From assembly GCA_963837315.1 (NCBI GenBank), contig CAWINE010000028.1, forward strand, positions 470,462-534,461: a DNA stretch of 64,000 nt, given 5' to 3'. The stretch comes from an uncultured Chloroflexia bacterium. GTDB taxonomy: Bacteria > Chloroflexota > Chloroflexia > QHBQ01 > JADMIH01. Made by a program: the position numbers and the translations under genes. The notes beneath the pieces are model-generated. The model had not been told where the DNA came from, did not search any database, and saw only the letters and a list, made by a program, of their open reading frames with translations. Shown here piece after piece: positions 9,090-17,448 of this stretch; position 1 is the stretch's first letter, and each line of letters opens with the position of its first letter.

Positions 9090-9236
9090 CCAAGTTGTCA
9101 GTTGTCAGTTGTCAGTAGACGGACGACCGACAACCGACTAAGGCTGATAGCTGAACGCTACGGTCTACTGACAATAGTTCGCTTCGCTCATCAACTGACA
9201 ACTGACAACTGACAACTTGGTCACAAACTGACAACT
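9090..9236. repeat. nested heptamer-arm hairpins (GTTGTCA / TGACAAC runs) between mglB and mglA
   Basis: ccaagttgtcagttgtcagttgtcagtagac (9090-9120) pairs with gtctactgacaa (9163-9174) and with caactgacaactgacaactgacaacttgg (9192-9220). The element fills the mglB-mglA spacer. Confidence 0.85.
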
Positions 9237-9246
9237 AGGGGAAACT

Positions 9247-9822
9247 ATGGCACTGATAAACGTTGCAACCAAAGAGATCCATTGTAAGCTCGTCTACTAC
9301 GGCCCGGGCCTCTCTGGTAAGACCACCAATTTGAAATACATCTATGCGACCGTGCCGGGGCAGGCGCGAGGCGACCTCCTTTCCATCGATACGGAAACCG
9401 AGCGCACGCTCTTCTTCGACTTCTTGCCCCTCGACCTGGGCAAGGTGCACGGCTACCAGGTGCGCTTCCATCTCTACACGGTACCTGGACAGGTACTCTA
9501 CGAGCGGACCAGGGTTGCGGTGCTGAACGGCTCGGACGGGGTGGTCTTCACTGCGAACTCGCAGCGATCCAAGCTGGGCGAAGACGTCCGCTCCCTTCAG
9601 GAGTTGGCCCGCAACCTCACCCAGCAGGGCAAGCGCTTCCTTGAGTTCCCGATGGTGATGCAATACAACAAGCGCGACATGCCCGACGCCTTGCCTCTCC
9701 CCGTGCTCGAAAAATACCTCAACTCGATGCACGTGCCCGCCTACGAGTCCGTAGCCTCCAAAGGCGTCGGCGTCTTCGACACTCTGCGAACGATAAGCAA
9801 GATGATCGTGAGTAAGTTGTAA
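9247..9822 (+). CDS. mglA: Ras-like small GTPase MglA
   Basis: 191 aa beginning INVATKEIHCKLVYYGPGLSGKTTNL (P-loop). Also present are switch II TVPGQV, NKRD, and an MglA-type C-terminus. Confidence 0.85.
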   Translation: MALINVATKEIHCKLVYYGPGLSGKTTNLKYIYATVPGQARGDLLSIDTETERTLFFDFLPLDLGKVHGYQVRFHLYTVPGQVLYERTRVAVLNGSDGVVFTANSQRSKLGEDVRSLQELARNLTQQGKRFLEFPMVMQYNKRDMPDALPLPVLEKYLNSMHVPAYESVASKGVGVFDTLRTISKMIVSKL

Positions 9823-9843
9823 GATTGTCATAGGTGGTTTACA

Positions 9844-9873
9844 AGGGCGGGCCGGTGTGTCCGCCCTGTTTCA
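9844..9873 (+). terminator. intrinsic terminator after mglA
   Basis: Stem AGGGCGG / CCGCCCT with loop gccggtgtgt, followed by gttt. It lies 22 nt after the mglA stop. Confidence 0.55.
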
Positions 9874-10059
9874 TTGCTTGCCGCAGATGGAGTTCGCGGT
9901 CAGTTCGCGCCCATAGGGTACCTTCTCATGAGCGCAGACTTACCCAGAGATTATCGTAGCGCTGCGAACTGAGCAGAAGGATCAACCGGGAAATAAGAAC
10001 AGCACGGACAAGGTCACGGACCCAACCTGGATAAAACGTAATAACTCCCAATAAACTCT

Positions 10060-10270
10060 GTGCTCTCCATGATCTCTGAGCTCTCTCCAATTCAAACCCA
10101 TTAAAAACTTCGTGACCTTCGTCGGTCAAACCCATAAAAACCTTCGTGATCTTCGTGTCCTTCGTGCTCTTCGTGATTCAAACAATAAAGACCTTCGTGA
10201 TCTTTGTGCCTTTGTGGTTCAAACCGTAAAATCCTTGGCGTCTTGGCGTTGAAAAACGGTCGCTTCCCAG
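10060..10270. repeat. modular repeat array: TTCAAACC-N-ATAAAAAC-type separators alternating with runs of CTTCGTG / CTTTGTG / CTTGGCG / CTCTGTG 7-9-mers
   Basis: Four separators are caattcaaacccattaaaaa, ggtcaaacccataaaaac, gattcaaacaataaagac and ggttcaaaccgtaaaatc. Each is followed by 2-5 tandem short units. The array is homologous in reverse complement to 36255-36520. Confidence 0.85.
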
Positions 10271-10338
10271 CGCGAATTGCCCACCCCTCGCATCTAATGT
10301 ACAATGCAACCTGACACTACGACCGAGGAGACATACGG

Positions 10339-11997
10339 ATGCAGGAGAAACAGGCAAACAGAGCTATCAACGCGATTATCAGCGTATCAGACCCCACGAA
10401 CCTCGAGATTCTGGGCAAAGCCCTCAGTGAGATGGGCGCGAATATCTACGCAACGGGCGGCACCAAAGCGCGCCTGCAGTCGGTTGGGGTGGACGCCCAT
10501 TCCATCAGCGACCTTACCGGCTTTCCGGAAATCCTGGGCGGGCGCGTCAAGACCCTGCACCCGGGCGTCCATTCGGGCATCCTGGTCAAGCGCAACGACC
10601 CGGACCAGATGGCCCAGCTTGCGGAGCACGGCCTCAGCACAATTGAGCTTGTAGCATGCAACCTCTATCCCTTCGCAAAGACGATCGCGAAGGAGGGTGT
10701 CACGTTGGAGGAGGCGGTCGAGCAGATAGACATCGGCGGGCCCACTATGATACGCGCAGCCGCCAAGAACTTCACCTCTGTGGTAGTGCTCTCGGACCCC
10801 GCCGACTACGCAGCCGTAATGGCCGAGTGGCGCGACCGGGGCGATCTGAGCCAGGAGACACGACAAGCCCTGGCAGCCAAAGCCTTCCGCCACGTGTCGG
10901 AGTATGATGCGCTGATCGCGGAATACCTGGGCGGAATGCGGAATGGGGAATTCGGAATTCGGAATAAAGACCAACCGGGCAGCATTCCGAATTCCGAATT
11001 CCCCATTCCGCATTCAGAGGAGTTGCCGAATAGGATTACGCTCGATTTGAATAGGGTGCAAGCCCTCAGGTATGGCGAGAACCCTCACCAATCGGGGGCC
11101 CTTTACAGCGACAACTTGCCGGTGACGGGTGCAACCCTGGTGGGATCGCTCAAGCAGTTGCAGGGGCCCGAGCTGTCGTACAACAATCTGATGGACGCGG
11201 ACGCTGCGCTGGCCCTTGTACGCGACTATACAATGCCCGCTGTGGCAATTATCAAGCACGCGGGACCTTGCGGTGTGGCTTGCGGGAGCGACGGCGACGA
11301 CCTGGCGGATGTGTTCGGTATGGCGCTGGCTTCCGATCCTGTATCGGCGTTCGGAGGGATCGTGGGCATCAACAGGCCCGTGGATGGTAGGCTGGCCGAG
11401 CAGATAGGCAAAACCCGCTTCGATCTGCTAATAGCTCCCTCCTTCGATGAAGAAGCCATCGACAGGCTCGCCCGCAAGAAAAACCTCCGCTTGCTGGCCG
11501 TGCCTGACGACAATGTCAGCCGCCGCGATGACGATTTCGCGAGCAAGCTGAGTTTCCGGCAGGTGAGCGGCGGCTTCCTCGTGCAGACACGAGACGCTGT
11601 GAATTACGAAATCCTCCTGGAGCCGGCCACTCTGCGCCATCCCACACTCGAAGAGATAGCCGACCTCGTCTTCGCCTGGAGGGCCGTGCGGCACGTCCGT
11701 TCCAATGCTATCGTGTTCGCCCGTAAGCTGGCCACCGTAGGCATCGGCGGCGGCCAGACCAGCCGCGTCAATTCGGTAAAGATTGCAGCCGAAAAGGCAG
11801 GCGACCGCGCCAGGGGCGCAGTAATGGCCTCAGACGCCTTTTTCCCTTTCCCCGACGGAGTTGAGGTGGCGGCAGCAGCAGGCGTCACCGCCGTGATACA
11901 GCCGGGAGGCTCGGTCAACGACGACGCCGTCATAGAGGCCGCCGACACGGCCGGCATTGCGATGGTCTTTACGAAGAGAAGGCATTTCAGGCATTAG
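10339..11997 (+). CDS. purH: bifunctional AICAR formyltransferase / IMP cyclohydrolase
   Basis: 552 aa with an MGS-like N-domain (ISVSDPTNL...GGRVKTLHPGVHSGIL, IDIGGPTMIRAAAKN) and an AICARFT domain (LRYGENPHQ, ELSYNNLMDADAA, VIQPGGSVNDD...FTKRRHFRH). SD GAGGAG precedes the ATG. Confidence 0.95.
   Translation: MQEKQANRAINAIISVSDPTNLEILGKALSEMGANIYATGGTKARLQSVGVDAHSISDLTGFPEILGGRVKTLHPGVHSGILVKRNDPDQMAQLAEHGLSTIELVACNLYPFAKTIAKEGVTLEEAVEQIDIGGPTMIRAAAKNFTSVVVLSDPADYAAVMAEWRDRGDLSQETRQALAAKAFRHVSEYDALIAEYLGGMRNGEFGIRNKDQPGSIPNSEFPIPHSEELPNRITLDLNRVQALRYGENPHQSGALYSDNLPVTGATLVGSLKQLQGPELSYNNLMDADAALALVRDYTMPAVAIIKHAGPCGVACGSDGDDLADVFGMALASDPVSAFGGIVGINRPVDGRLAEQIGKTRFDLLIAPSFDEEAIDRLARKKNLRLLAVPDDNVSRRDDDFASKLSFRQVSGGFLVQTRDAVNYEILLEPATLRHPTLEEIADLVFAWRAVRHVRSNAIVFARKLATVGIGGGQTSRVNSVKIAAEKAGDRARGAVMASDAFFPFPDGVEVAAAAGVTAVIQPGGSVNDDAVIEAADTAGIAMVFTKRRHFRH
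10934..11015. repeat. perfect 32-bp-stem / 18-nt-loop heptamer-arm hairpin lying in frame inside purH
   Basis: Arm 10934-10965 is gaatgcggaatggggaattcggaattcggaat. Arm 10984-11015 is its exact reverse complement. The element translates as MRNGEFGIRNKDQPGSIPNSEFPIPHS in the inter-domain linker. Confidence 0.9.
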
Positions 11998-12805
11998 ATA
12001 CCGGAGGACCCTGGCTGATCCGCTCGCGCACCTGCTGCATCCCGCCCGGCGCCTCCCACATGCTTTCTATCCACCAGGTGGCCCCCGCCTCGGCGAAGGG
12101 TGCTACTTTTGCTATGGCTTCTTCTGGGTCTCCCGGCGATACTCCCTCAACGACAATGTCAAAAGGCCTATCCGCCTTCCTGTAACGGGCAACGAGCGCG
12201 GCTATTTCGCGCACATCGTCGGGCGTTAGCTCGCCAAAGCCTTCGGGCCCCATCTTGGCGGGCAGAATACCATCCCATCGCAGGGCGCGCTCCAGTGACT
12301 TCGGGCGGGTCCATGCTGCCACTACCCATATTGGCACGCGTGGCTTCTGCAGAGGAGTGTACGACCAGGAGTTGTCCCAATCTACCTGGTAGTGCTTCCC
12401 CTCGTACTTGAATGGCGTTCCTTGCCACAGCCGCTCTATCACTTCCAACCCCTCGTCCATCAGCTCGGCCCGCACCATGCGATCCGTTGCTTCGCCCACC
12501 TGTGGAAAGCCCGTGTCGAGCGCCCCAAGGCCCACCGACAGCACGGCCCGCCCGCCGGACAACCTATCAAGGGTCGCCACCTCACTCGCCAGCTTCCAGG
12601 GTCGTCTACGCGAAGGAGGGGTGAGGAGCGTGCCCAGTCGCACCCGCTTTGTGCGCTCGGCTATAGCGCCCAACGTTACCCATGCGTCCGTGCCGTACAG
12701 CGTTTCGGCCACGAACACGCCATCCCAACCCGCATCCTCGATTTCCTGGCCTATATCCACTATTTCAGGCACGTCGCCACCAGGGATCACGAAACCATAT
12801 TGCAT
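11987..12805 (-). CDS. LLM-class (luciferase-like) flavin/F420-dependent oxidoreductase
   Basis: Start ATG 12805 (MQYGFVIPGG) follows AAAGGCAGG. LLM features are present (AGWDGVFVAE, RVRLGTLLTPPSRRRPW, ATLDRLSGGRAVLSVGLG). It is a paralog of 26850-27686. Its 3' end overlaps the purH stop by 11 nt, convergently. Confidence 0.8.
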   Translation of the reverse strand: MQYGFVIPGGDVPEIVDIGQEIEDAGWDGVFVAETLYGTDAWVTLGAIAERTKRVRLGTLLTPPSRRRPWKLASEVATLDRLSGGRAVLSVGLGALDTGFPQVGEATDRMVRAELMDEGLEVIERLWQGTPFKYEGKHYQVDWDNSWSYTPLQKPRVPIWVVAAWTRPKSLERALRWDGILPAKMGPEGFGELTPDDVREIAALVARYRKADRPFDIVVEGVSPGDPEEAIAKVAPFAEAGATWWIESMWEAPGGMQQVRERISQGPPVSNA

Positions 12806-12985
12806 AACCGCCTGCCTTTCTGCATTAGAGTAGATAAGTGAGGTGTAGGCATACTGCTCTACCCCAACTTTTCTACAGTCTAACACTTTATTCCTGCCAC
12901 CCCTTGTCAGCTTTTCTTGCGGCTCTCTTGCAAAGATGAACGGTTCATCCTGGTCCTGTGGCACTTAACCGCCCACGAAATGCGG

Positions 12986-13014
12986 CTGACCCCTGACCCC
13001 TGACCCCGACCCCT
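12986..13014. repeat. CTGACCC heptamer run
   Basis: ctgacccctgacccctgaccccgacccc. Confidence 0.6.
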
Positions 13015-13137
13015 ATTTCATTTGTAGACTCTCTTTTCTCCACCACTAATCTGAACACTTACGTATGGCATGTCCGTCGCCTGGGCAACACAGAGTGATA
13101 TAATTCTCTGGAGCAGGCATCGGGATGGTAAAAGCTT

Positions 13138-14542
13138 ATGGTCAAAGGCGATGGCGGCGCGATCATTGAGACCGGTGCAACAGAGGCCATGCTCGATCGC
13201 CTGTCGGACGCAGGCATTCGTAGCGTCCTTGCGGAGCGTATCGGTGGCCTGGGCGACAGCGCCGGCCTCGTGGTCGGCGTGCTGGGGCCGCATTACCGGA
13301 GCGTCATCGCATTCGGCCATAGGAGCGAGCGCGACCTACGACCGTTAGATGGCGACACCGCTTTCGAGATCGGTTCAATCACCAAGGTCTTCACGGCGCT
13401 GCTGCTTGCCGATATGGTTCAGCGGGGAGAGGTCGCCCTTGCGGACCCGGTGGCGAAATATCTCCCCACAGGCATGGAGCTCCCTGAACCGAGCGGCCGC
13501 TCGATTACCCTTCTGGACCTTGTCACCCATACCGCCGGTTTGCCGTTCATGACCGGCGAGCCGGCAACGTTTACCGATCCTGATGCCGTTAAAACCTGGG
13601 CGGCCTCGCTTCATGAGGTCCTCGCCCGTATAGAGATCCCACGACGCATCGGTGTTGACTGGGAGTACTCGAACATCGGTTACTGGCTACTGGGGGAGGC
13701 TCTCTCGTTTCGAGCCGGAATAAGTTATGAAAAACTCTTGCGCGCTCAAGTCCTCAATCCACTGAGGCTGAAGAGCACAGCCCTTACTCTCTCCCCATGG
13801 CTGGAGGCAAAGCTCGCCGTCGGCCACGATGCGAGCCTGCGGCCGGCTGTGGCCATCTCCGACGTTCCCATGTTCGCCGTGATGCCTGCTGCCGGTTCCC
13901 TCGTTTCGACGGCCAATGACCTGTTGATGTTCCTGGCCTTAGCGATGGGCTTCAAACGTTCGCCCCTCGCGCCCACGATGGCTGCGATGCTGGGCTCGCG
14001 CCGTCCTACGCAGGAGCCGAGTGTCGAGCAAGCATTGGGTTGGCTGGTGATGAGCAAGGGCGATGACAGGCTGATTTACCACGACGGTGGCACGTTCGGA
14101 TTTGCCAGCTCCGTAGCATGGGACCCAAAGAAGCAGGTCGGCGTCGTCGCGCTCTCGAACCTGGTGGGAGACGTGAGCGATATTACCCGGCATCTATTGC
14201 GGCCGGAAACCCCGTTGGCACGACCGATTACGACCATGCACGTGGAGATCGAGCTTGATTTCGTCCGTGCTCGCTGCCTATGCCGGCCGGTATGAAGCGC
14301 AGGGCGAGGGGGTCTTCGCGGTCGCTCTTGAGGGCAATTTCCTGACAATTCAAATGCCCCCGGACTGGGGCCTTCCCAGGTTGCGCCTTCGCCCGGAGGG
14401 GCAATACGATTTTTTCACAGCGGAGCTTCCACTTCGGGCCACATTCGAAACCGGCAGCGACGGGCGAGCCAACGGACTGCTCATATACCCTCCACGAGGA
14501 CAATCTGCGGTCCACGCGGACCGGCTACCTTCGGCTATGTGA
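13138..14542 (+). pseudogene. serine hydrolase, S12 family (class C beta-lactamase / R61 DD-peptidase-like), frameshifted near the C-terminal domain
   Basis: Motifs are SxxK in FEIGSITKVF, YxN in YSNIGY, and HDGG in place of the K/HTG box. The body ORF 13138-14295 ends in out-of-frame residues. The expected C-terminal beta-sandwich (LAAYAGRYEAQGEGVFAVALEGNFLTIQ...) continues in ORF 14255-14542. The frameshift is at about 14260. Confidence 0.75.
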
Positions 14543-14637
14543 GAAGCGCCGGCGTCGTGAGAAAGCTGGAATCCCCTGCCATATTGCATATCTGGGGCTC
14601 ATTTCAACATTGGTGCTAACCGGTGAGAGATGCAGTG

Positions 14638-15057
14638 CTACTCTGCGTAGGCCTGATCCTCACCTGCTGCGCTGTAGCCAATATTCCAGATGTAGCCGTC
14701 AGGGTCCGCGAAGGACCCGCCGTACCCGCCCCACTGGAGCTTAGCCGCGGGCTTGAGGATCTTCCCGCCTGCCTTCCTGGCCTCGTCCAGGATCTCCTCG
14801 ACGCGTGCTTCGCTGCGCACGACGTAATTGAAGACGACGCCACTGAAACCGCTGCCGTCGCCCTCGGGGCTGGCCCCCACCATGTCGGCCAAGCCCTCGC
14901 GGCCATAGAAGCCGACGAGCGAGCCGCCGTGGGGAACGAAGAAGACCGAGATCTTGTAGTCGCTCTGGACCTTCCAGCCGAGACCGTCCACGTAGAAGCG
15001 CTTCGATCGCTCCATGTCCTTGACGCCAAGCAGGATTGCGCTAACGTGCGAGTTCAT
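14638..15057 (-). CDS. VOC (glyoxalase/bleomycin-resistance/dioxygenase) family protein
   Basis: 139 aa with a typical VOC pattern (ILLGVKDMERSKRFYVDGLGW ... FADPDGYIWNI). Confidence 0.8.
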   Translation of the reverse strand: MNSHVSAILLGVKDMERSKRFYVDGLGWKVQSDYKISVFFVPHGGSLVGFYGREGLADMVGASPEGDGSGFSGVVFNYVVRSEARVEEILDEARKAGGKILKPAAKLQWGGYGGSFADPDGYIWNIGYSAAGEDQAYAE

Positions 15058-15074
15058 GATTGGTTCCTCCTACT

Positions 15075-15572
15075 TCATCGAATTGGGTGGAGCTCGAAGA
15101 CACGTCGGCCTTTGGCAGCTGCCACAGGATGGTTGAGATCGACCCCATCGACAAGGCGAATGAACAAGGCACCGCCCGGTATGCTTCGCGCCGCAGGGCC
15201 AAGAAAGTCGCGAAAGAACTCAACTCGCTGTGCCGGGTCCAGCTCGGTCGCGCGCACTTCTTCTGTCCGGTGGCGCGTGGTGATGGTCGCGCTGCCGGCT
15301 GCACGTAGATTGCGCACCCATTGGACCTCGCCCCATGGTGCCCAGACCCAACGCCTGCCTGAGGCCCTGATGACCGCCAGAGGCGTGGTGCGAGGCAGAC
15401 CGCTTTTCCGCCCGCGAATGGTTACGAGCCGATTGGGGCCAAGGGGGACGCCATGCACCAACAGGAACTTGAGGATCGAACCGAAGAACAAGACACGCCG
15501 CGGCGCGACGGCGGCGTTGGTGGCGTCGGCGGAACTGGCATGGCTACCTGAGCTGCCAATTCGATCAGTCAT
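15075..15572 (-). CDS. nitroreductase/quinone-reductase family (DUF385) deazaflavin-dependent oxidoreductase
   Basis: 165 aa containing LVTIRGRKSGLPRTTPLAV...WVRNLRAAGSATI, characteristic of the DUF385 / F420H2-dependent reductase family. SD AAGGAG precedes the ATG. Confidence 0.7.
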   Translation of the reverse strand: MTDRIGSSGSHASSADATNAAVAPRRVLFFGSILKFLLVHGVPLGPNRLVTIRGRKSGLPRTTPLAVIRASGRRWVWAPWGEVQWVRNLRAAGSATITTRHRTEEVRATELDPAQRVEFFRDFLGPAARSIPGGALFIRLVDGVDLNHPVAAAKGRRVFELHPIR

Positions 15573-16116
15573 TCTGTAGCTCCTTTTTCTGTTGATATTC
15601 CATTTGAATCATGGTATCAGAACTACCCAACGGAGAGGGCCCGCAAGACCTGTGCCACATCGATACGACAACCCGCTAGTTTGCTCGGGGGTTGAGTAGA
15701 TCTCTGCGATACAACGACCTAGTTTCTCGACAGGTGTTGCGAGCATCTGCGCCTCAGGGCAAAAAGCGCTCGGCTCCTGATCACGTCTTATGCATCCTCC
15801 TTGGCGATGGGCCATGAGGTGAGGTGTCCCCCTTTGTCGCCCAATTCGGGAACTTCAATACCCTGTAGGCCGAGCAGCAATGCAATTGGTTGCTGCCCCC
15901 TCTAACTTTGAGTTGCACAGGTTGATATCTGAACCAACCTGCACCTATTTACACCGGCACACATGCGGGTTGATGATATACCTGGCCCGAGCGCTGATGG
16001 GAGCAGGGCTAGCCGCTGCGCGCGGAGTGCCGAATTGGGTGGTTAATGGGACTGCTTGCAGGTGGTGTTACAACTCCTTCTGCTCTGTTGATAGGGGAAA
16101 GTGTCAGGATCACCTG

Positions 16117-17172
16117 TTAGCCACTGCATCTCAGCTTTGCCGACTTCCTCATGCTCGCAGGTGCCTTGCTGCTCGCCGCCGTATCAAATTTCAGGCAATT
16201 GATAATACTATTTTCAACAGTATCGCTCAGGGCGTGTTCTGTGTAATAGGCGGTGTGCGGAGTAATAAGCACATTCGGGTATTTTGCTAACTGCAACAAC
16301 GATTTGTTTTCAATGGGTTTGTTTCTGCAGTCCGCGTAGAATATTCCCTCCTCTCCTTCGAGGACATCCAACGCCGCGCCGCCTAGTTTGCCGCTTTCCA
16401 ACGCCAAAATAAGCGCCGCGGTATCAAGAAGTGAACCGCGTCCAGTATTGATAATAAACGCGCCGCGCTTCAGTTGCTCGATACGTTGACGATTTAAGAG
16501 ATGGTGTGTCTCCGCGTTAAGTGGTGTATGGAGCGTTACAATATCGCTCTGCTGTAACAATTCATCAAGAGGAACGTAATCGGAGTTCGCTTCGCTCATG
16601 GTTTTGGGACGATGGTCACAGGCTAATATACGGCAGCCAAAACCCCGCAGCCTGTCTATAACTGCTGCGCCAATGCGTCCTGTTCCAATTACCCCAATGG
16701 TCATATCGCGTAATTCTTTCCCGCGTACATCATTCAATCTGAAGTCATGCACATCTACACGGCTGATAATGGATTTTGCATTGCGCACCGCCATCAGCAT
16801 CAGCATTAGTGTGTAATCAGCCACGCTATCGGGTGAATATGCGATATTTTCAACGGAAATGCCAACGCTCTCTGCGTATTTCACATTGATATGGTTATAT
16901 CCAATGCTTCTTGTGGAGATATACATGACGCCGGCCTGGCTAAGGGCGAGAAGAATGCAATCTGTGACTTGAGTTTTATGACTGACGCTGATGCATCGAT
17001 TTCCAAATGCCAGTCCAATATTAGCTTCAGATACCGCTGCATCAGTGATAGTTGGCGTAACGCCAAAGCGAGGCGCCACCTCTCGGAACAGAACGGCCTC
17101 GTCCTGTCCGCATCCATAAATTGTAATTCCCATTTTGCGGGCCGCTGTTCGTGCTGGTTCGCTGTAGGTCAT
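16117..17172 (-). CDS. vanH: D-specific alpha-keto acid (pyruvate) reductase VanH; the likely true start is the internal ATG at 17133
   Basis: The product is collinear with VanH: GITIYGCGQDEA, YISTRSIGYNHI, AYSPDSVADYTLMLMLMAVRN, GVIGTGRIGAAVIDRLRGFGC, GKLGGAALDVLEGEE and ITPHTAYYTE. The first 13 codons are homologous to the non-coding leader of the ligase gene. The last ~14 codons are antisense to a vanS-like fragment. Confidence 0.9.
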   Translation of the reverse strand: MTYSEPARTAARKMGITIYGCGQDEAVLFREVAPRFGVTPTITDAAVSEANIGLAFGNRCISVSHKTQVTDCILLALSQAGVMYISTRSIGYNHINVKYAESVGISVENIAYSPDSVADYTLMLMLMAVRNAKSIISRVDVHDFRLNDVRGKELRDMTIGVIGTGRIGAAVIDRLRGFGCRILACDHRPKTMSEANSDYVPLDELLQQSDIVTLHTPLNAETHHLLNRQRIEQLKRGAFIINTGRGSLLDTAALILALESGKLGGAALDVLEGEEGIFYADCRNKPIENKSLLQLAKYPNVLITPHTAYYTEHALSDTVENSIINCLKFDTAASSKAPASMRKSAKLRCSG

Positions 17173-17255
17173 GCCTCCAGTCTAGGCAGCATGGTGTTGC
17201 CGGCACGTATGTGGTTTTCGATATCTTGACGATATGCGCCAGCTCGTATCATGTC
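17145..17255. promoter_or_regulatory. copy 1 of the duplicated bidirectional van control region (between vanH and murF)
   Basis: About 100 bp are near-identical to 20612-20715. The shared core is cctccagtct.gg..gc.tggtgttgccggcacgtatgtggttttcgatat...gacgatatgc. It includes CGATATCT / CGATATGC direct repeats 11 bp apart (17219-17237) and a TATCAT -10-like box. Confidence 0.7.
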
Positions 17256-17448
17256 GGTGGCAAGACCGGTACGACGCTCATCTCAATCCCAACCGGTTAT
17301 GCGCTCGACTCGACCATCGCCTCGCCCGGATCATAGTCGGGCTTTGCGCCGGTCGAGGATCCCGCCTTCATCATGCTGGTGAAAATCGGATCAGCCAATA
17401 GATGAGCGAAGCGAACTACTTCGCTCATCGACCCGCTGGGAGGACGAT

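Noticed and set aside
10060-10270. A CRISPR interpretation of the separator-plus-variable-block arrays (also 36255-36520).
   Set aside because: The separators are only ~18 bp and are degenerate. The 'spacers' are 17-35 bp and are themselves tandem 7-9-mers rather than unique sequences. No cas genes or leader are present.
10101-10304. A His/Glu-rich 67-aa ORF (and ORF 36320-36508) lying within the repeat arrays.
   Set aside because: The composition is a by-product of translating CTTCGTG/CTTGGCG repeats. There is no SD. The homologous array is read in a different frame with unrelated peptide sequence.
14623-15579. A 318-aa plus-strand ORF.
   Set aside because: It is antisense to two well-supported minus-strand genes (VOC and DUF385). 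It is a typical GC-rich shadow ORF with Arg/Ala/Pro-rich low-complexity translation.
15573-16116. A mobile-element or regulator remnant between the DUF385 gene and vanH (ORFs 15609-15815 and 15880-16290).
   Set aside because: I found no transposase, integrase or HTH motifs in any frame. Only the 52-nt vanS-like fragment at its right edge is supportable, and that is reported separately.
17134-17172. The N-terminal 13 codons of the vanH ORF (MTYSEPARTAARK).
   Set aside because: GGAGG lies only 1 nt from this ATG. The segment is homologous to the non-coding leader of the ligase gene, where it forms a 5-codon mini-ORF. VanH homology begins at the internal MGITIYGCGQDE. I kept the long coordinates in the feature and flagged 17133 as the likely start.
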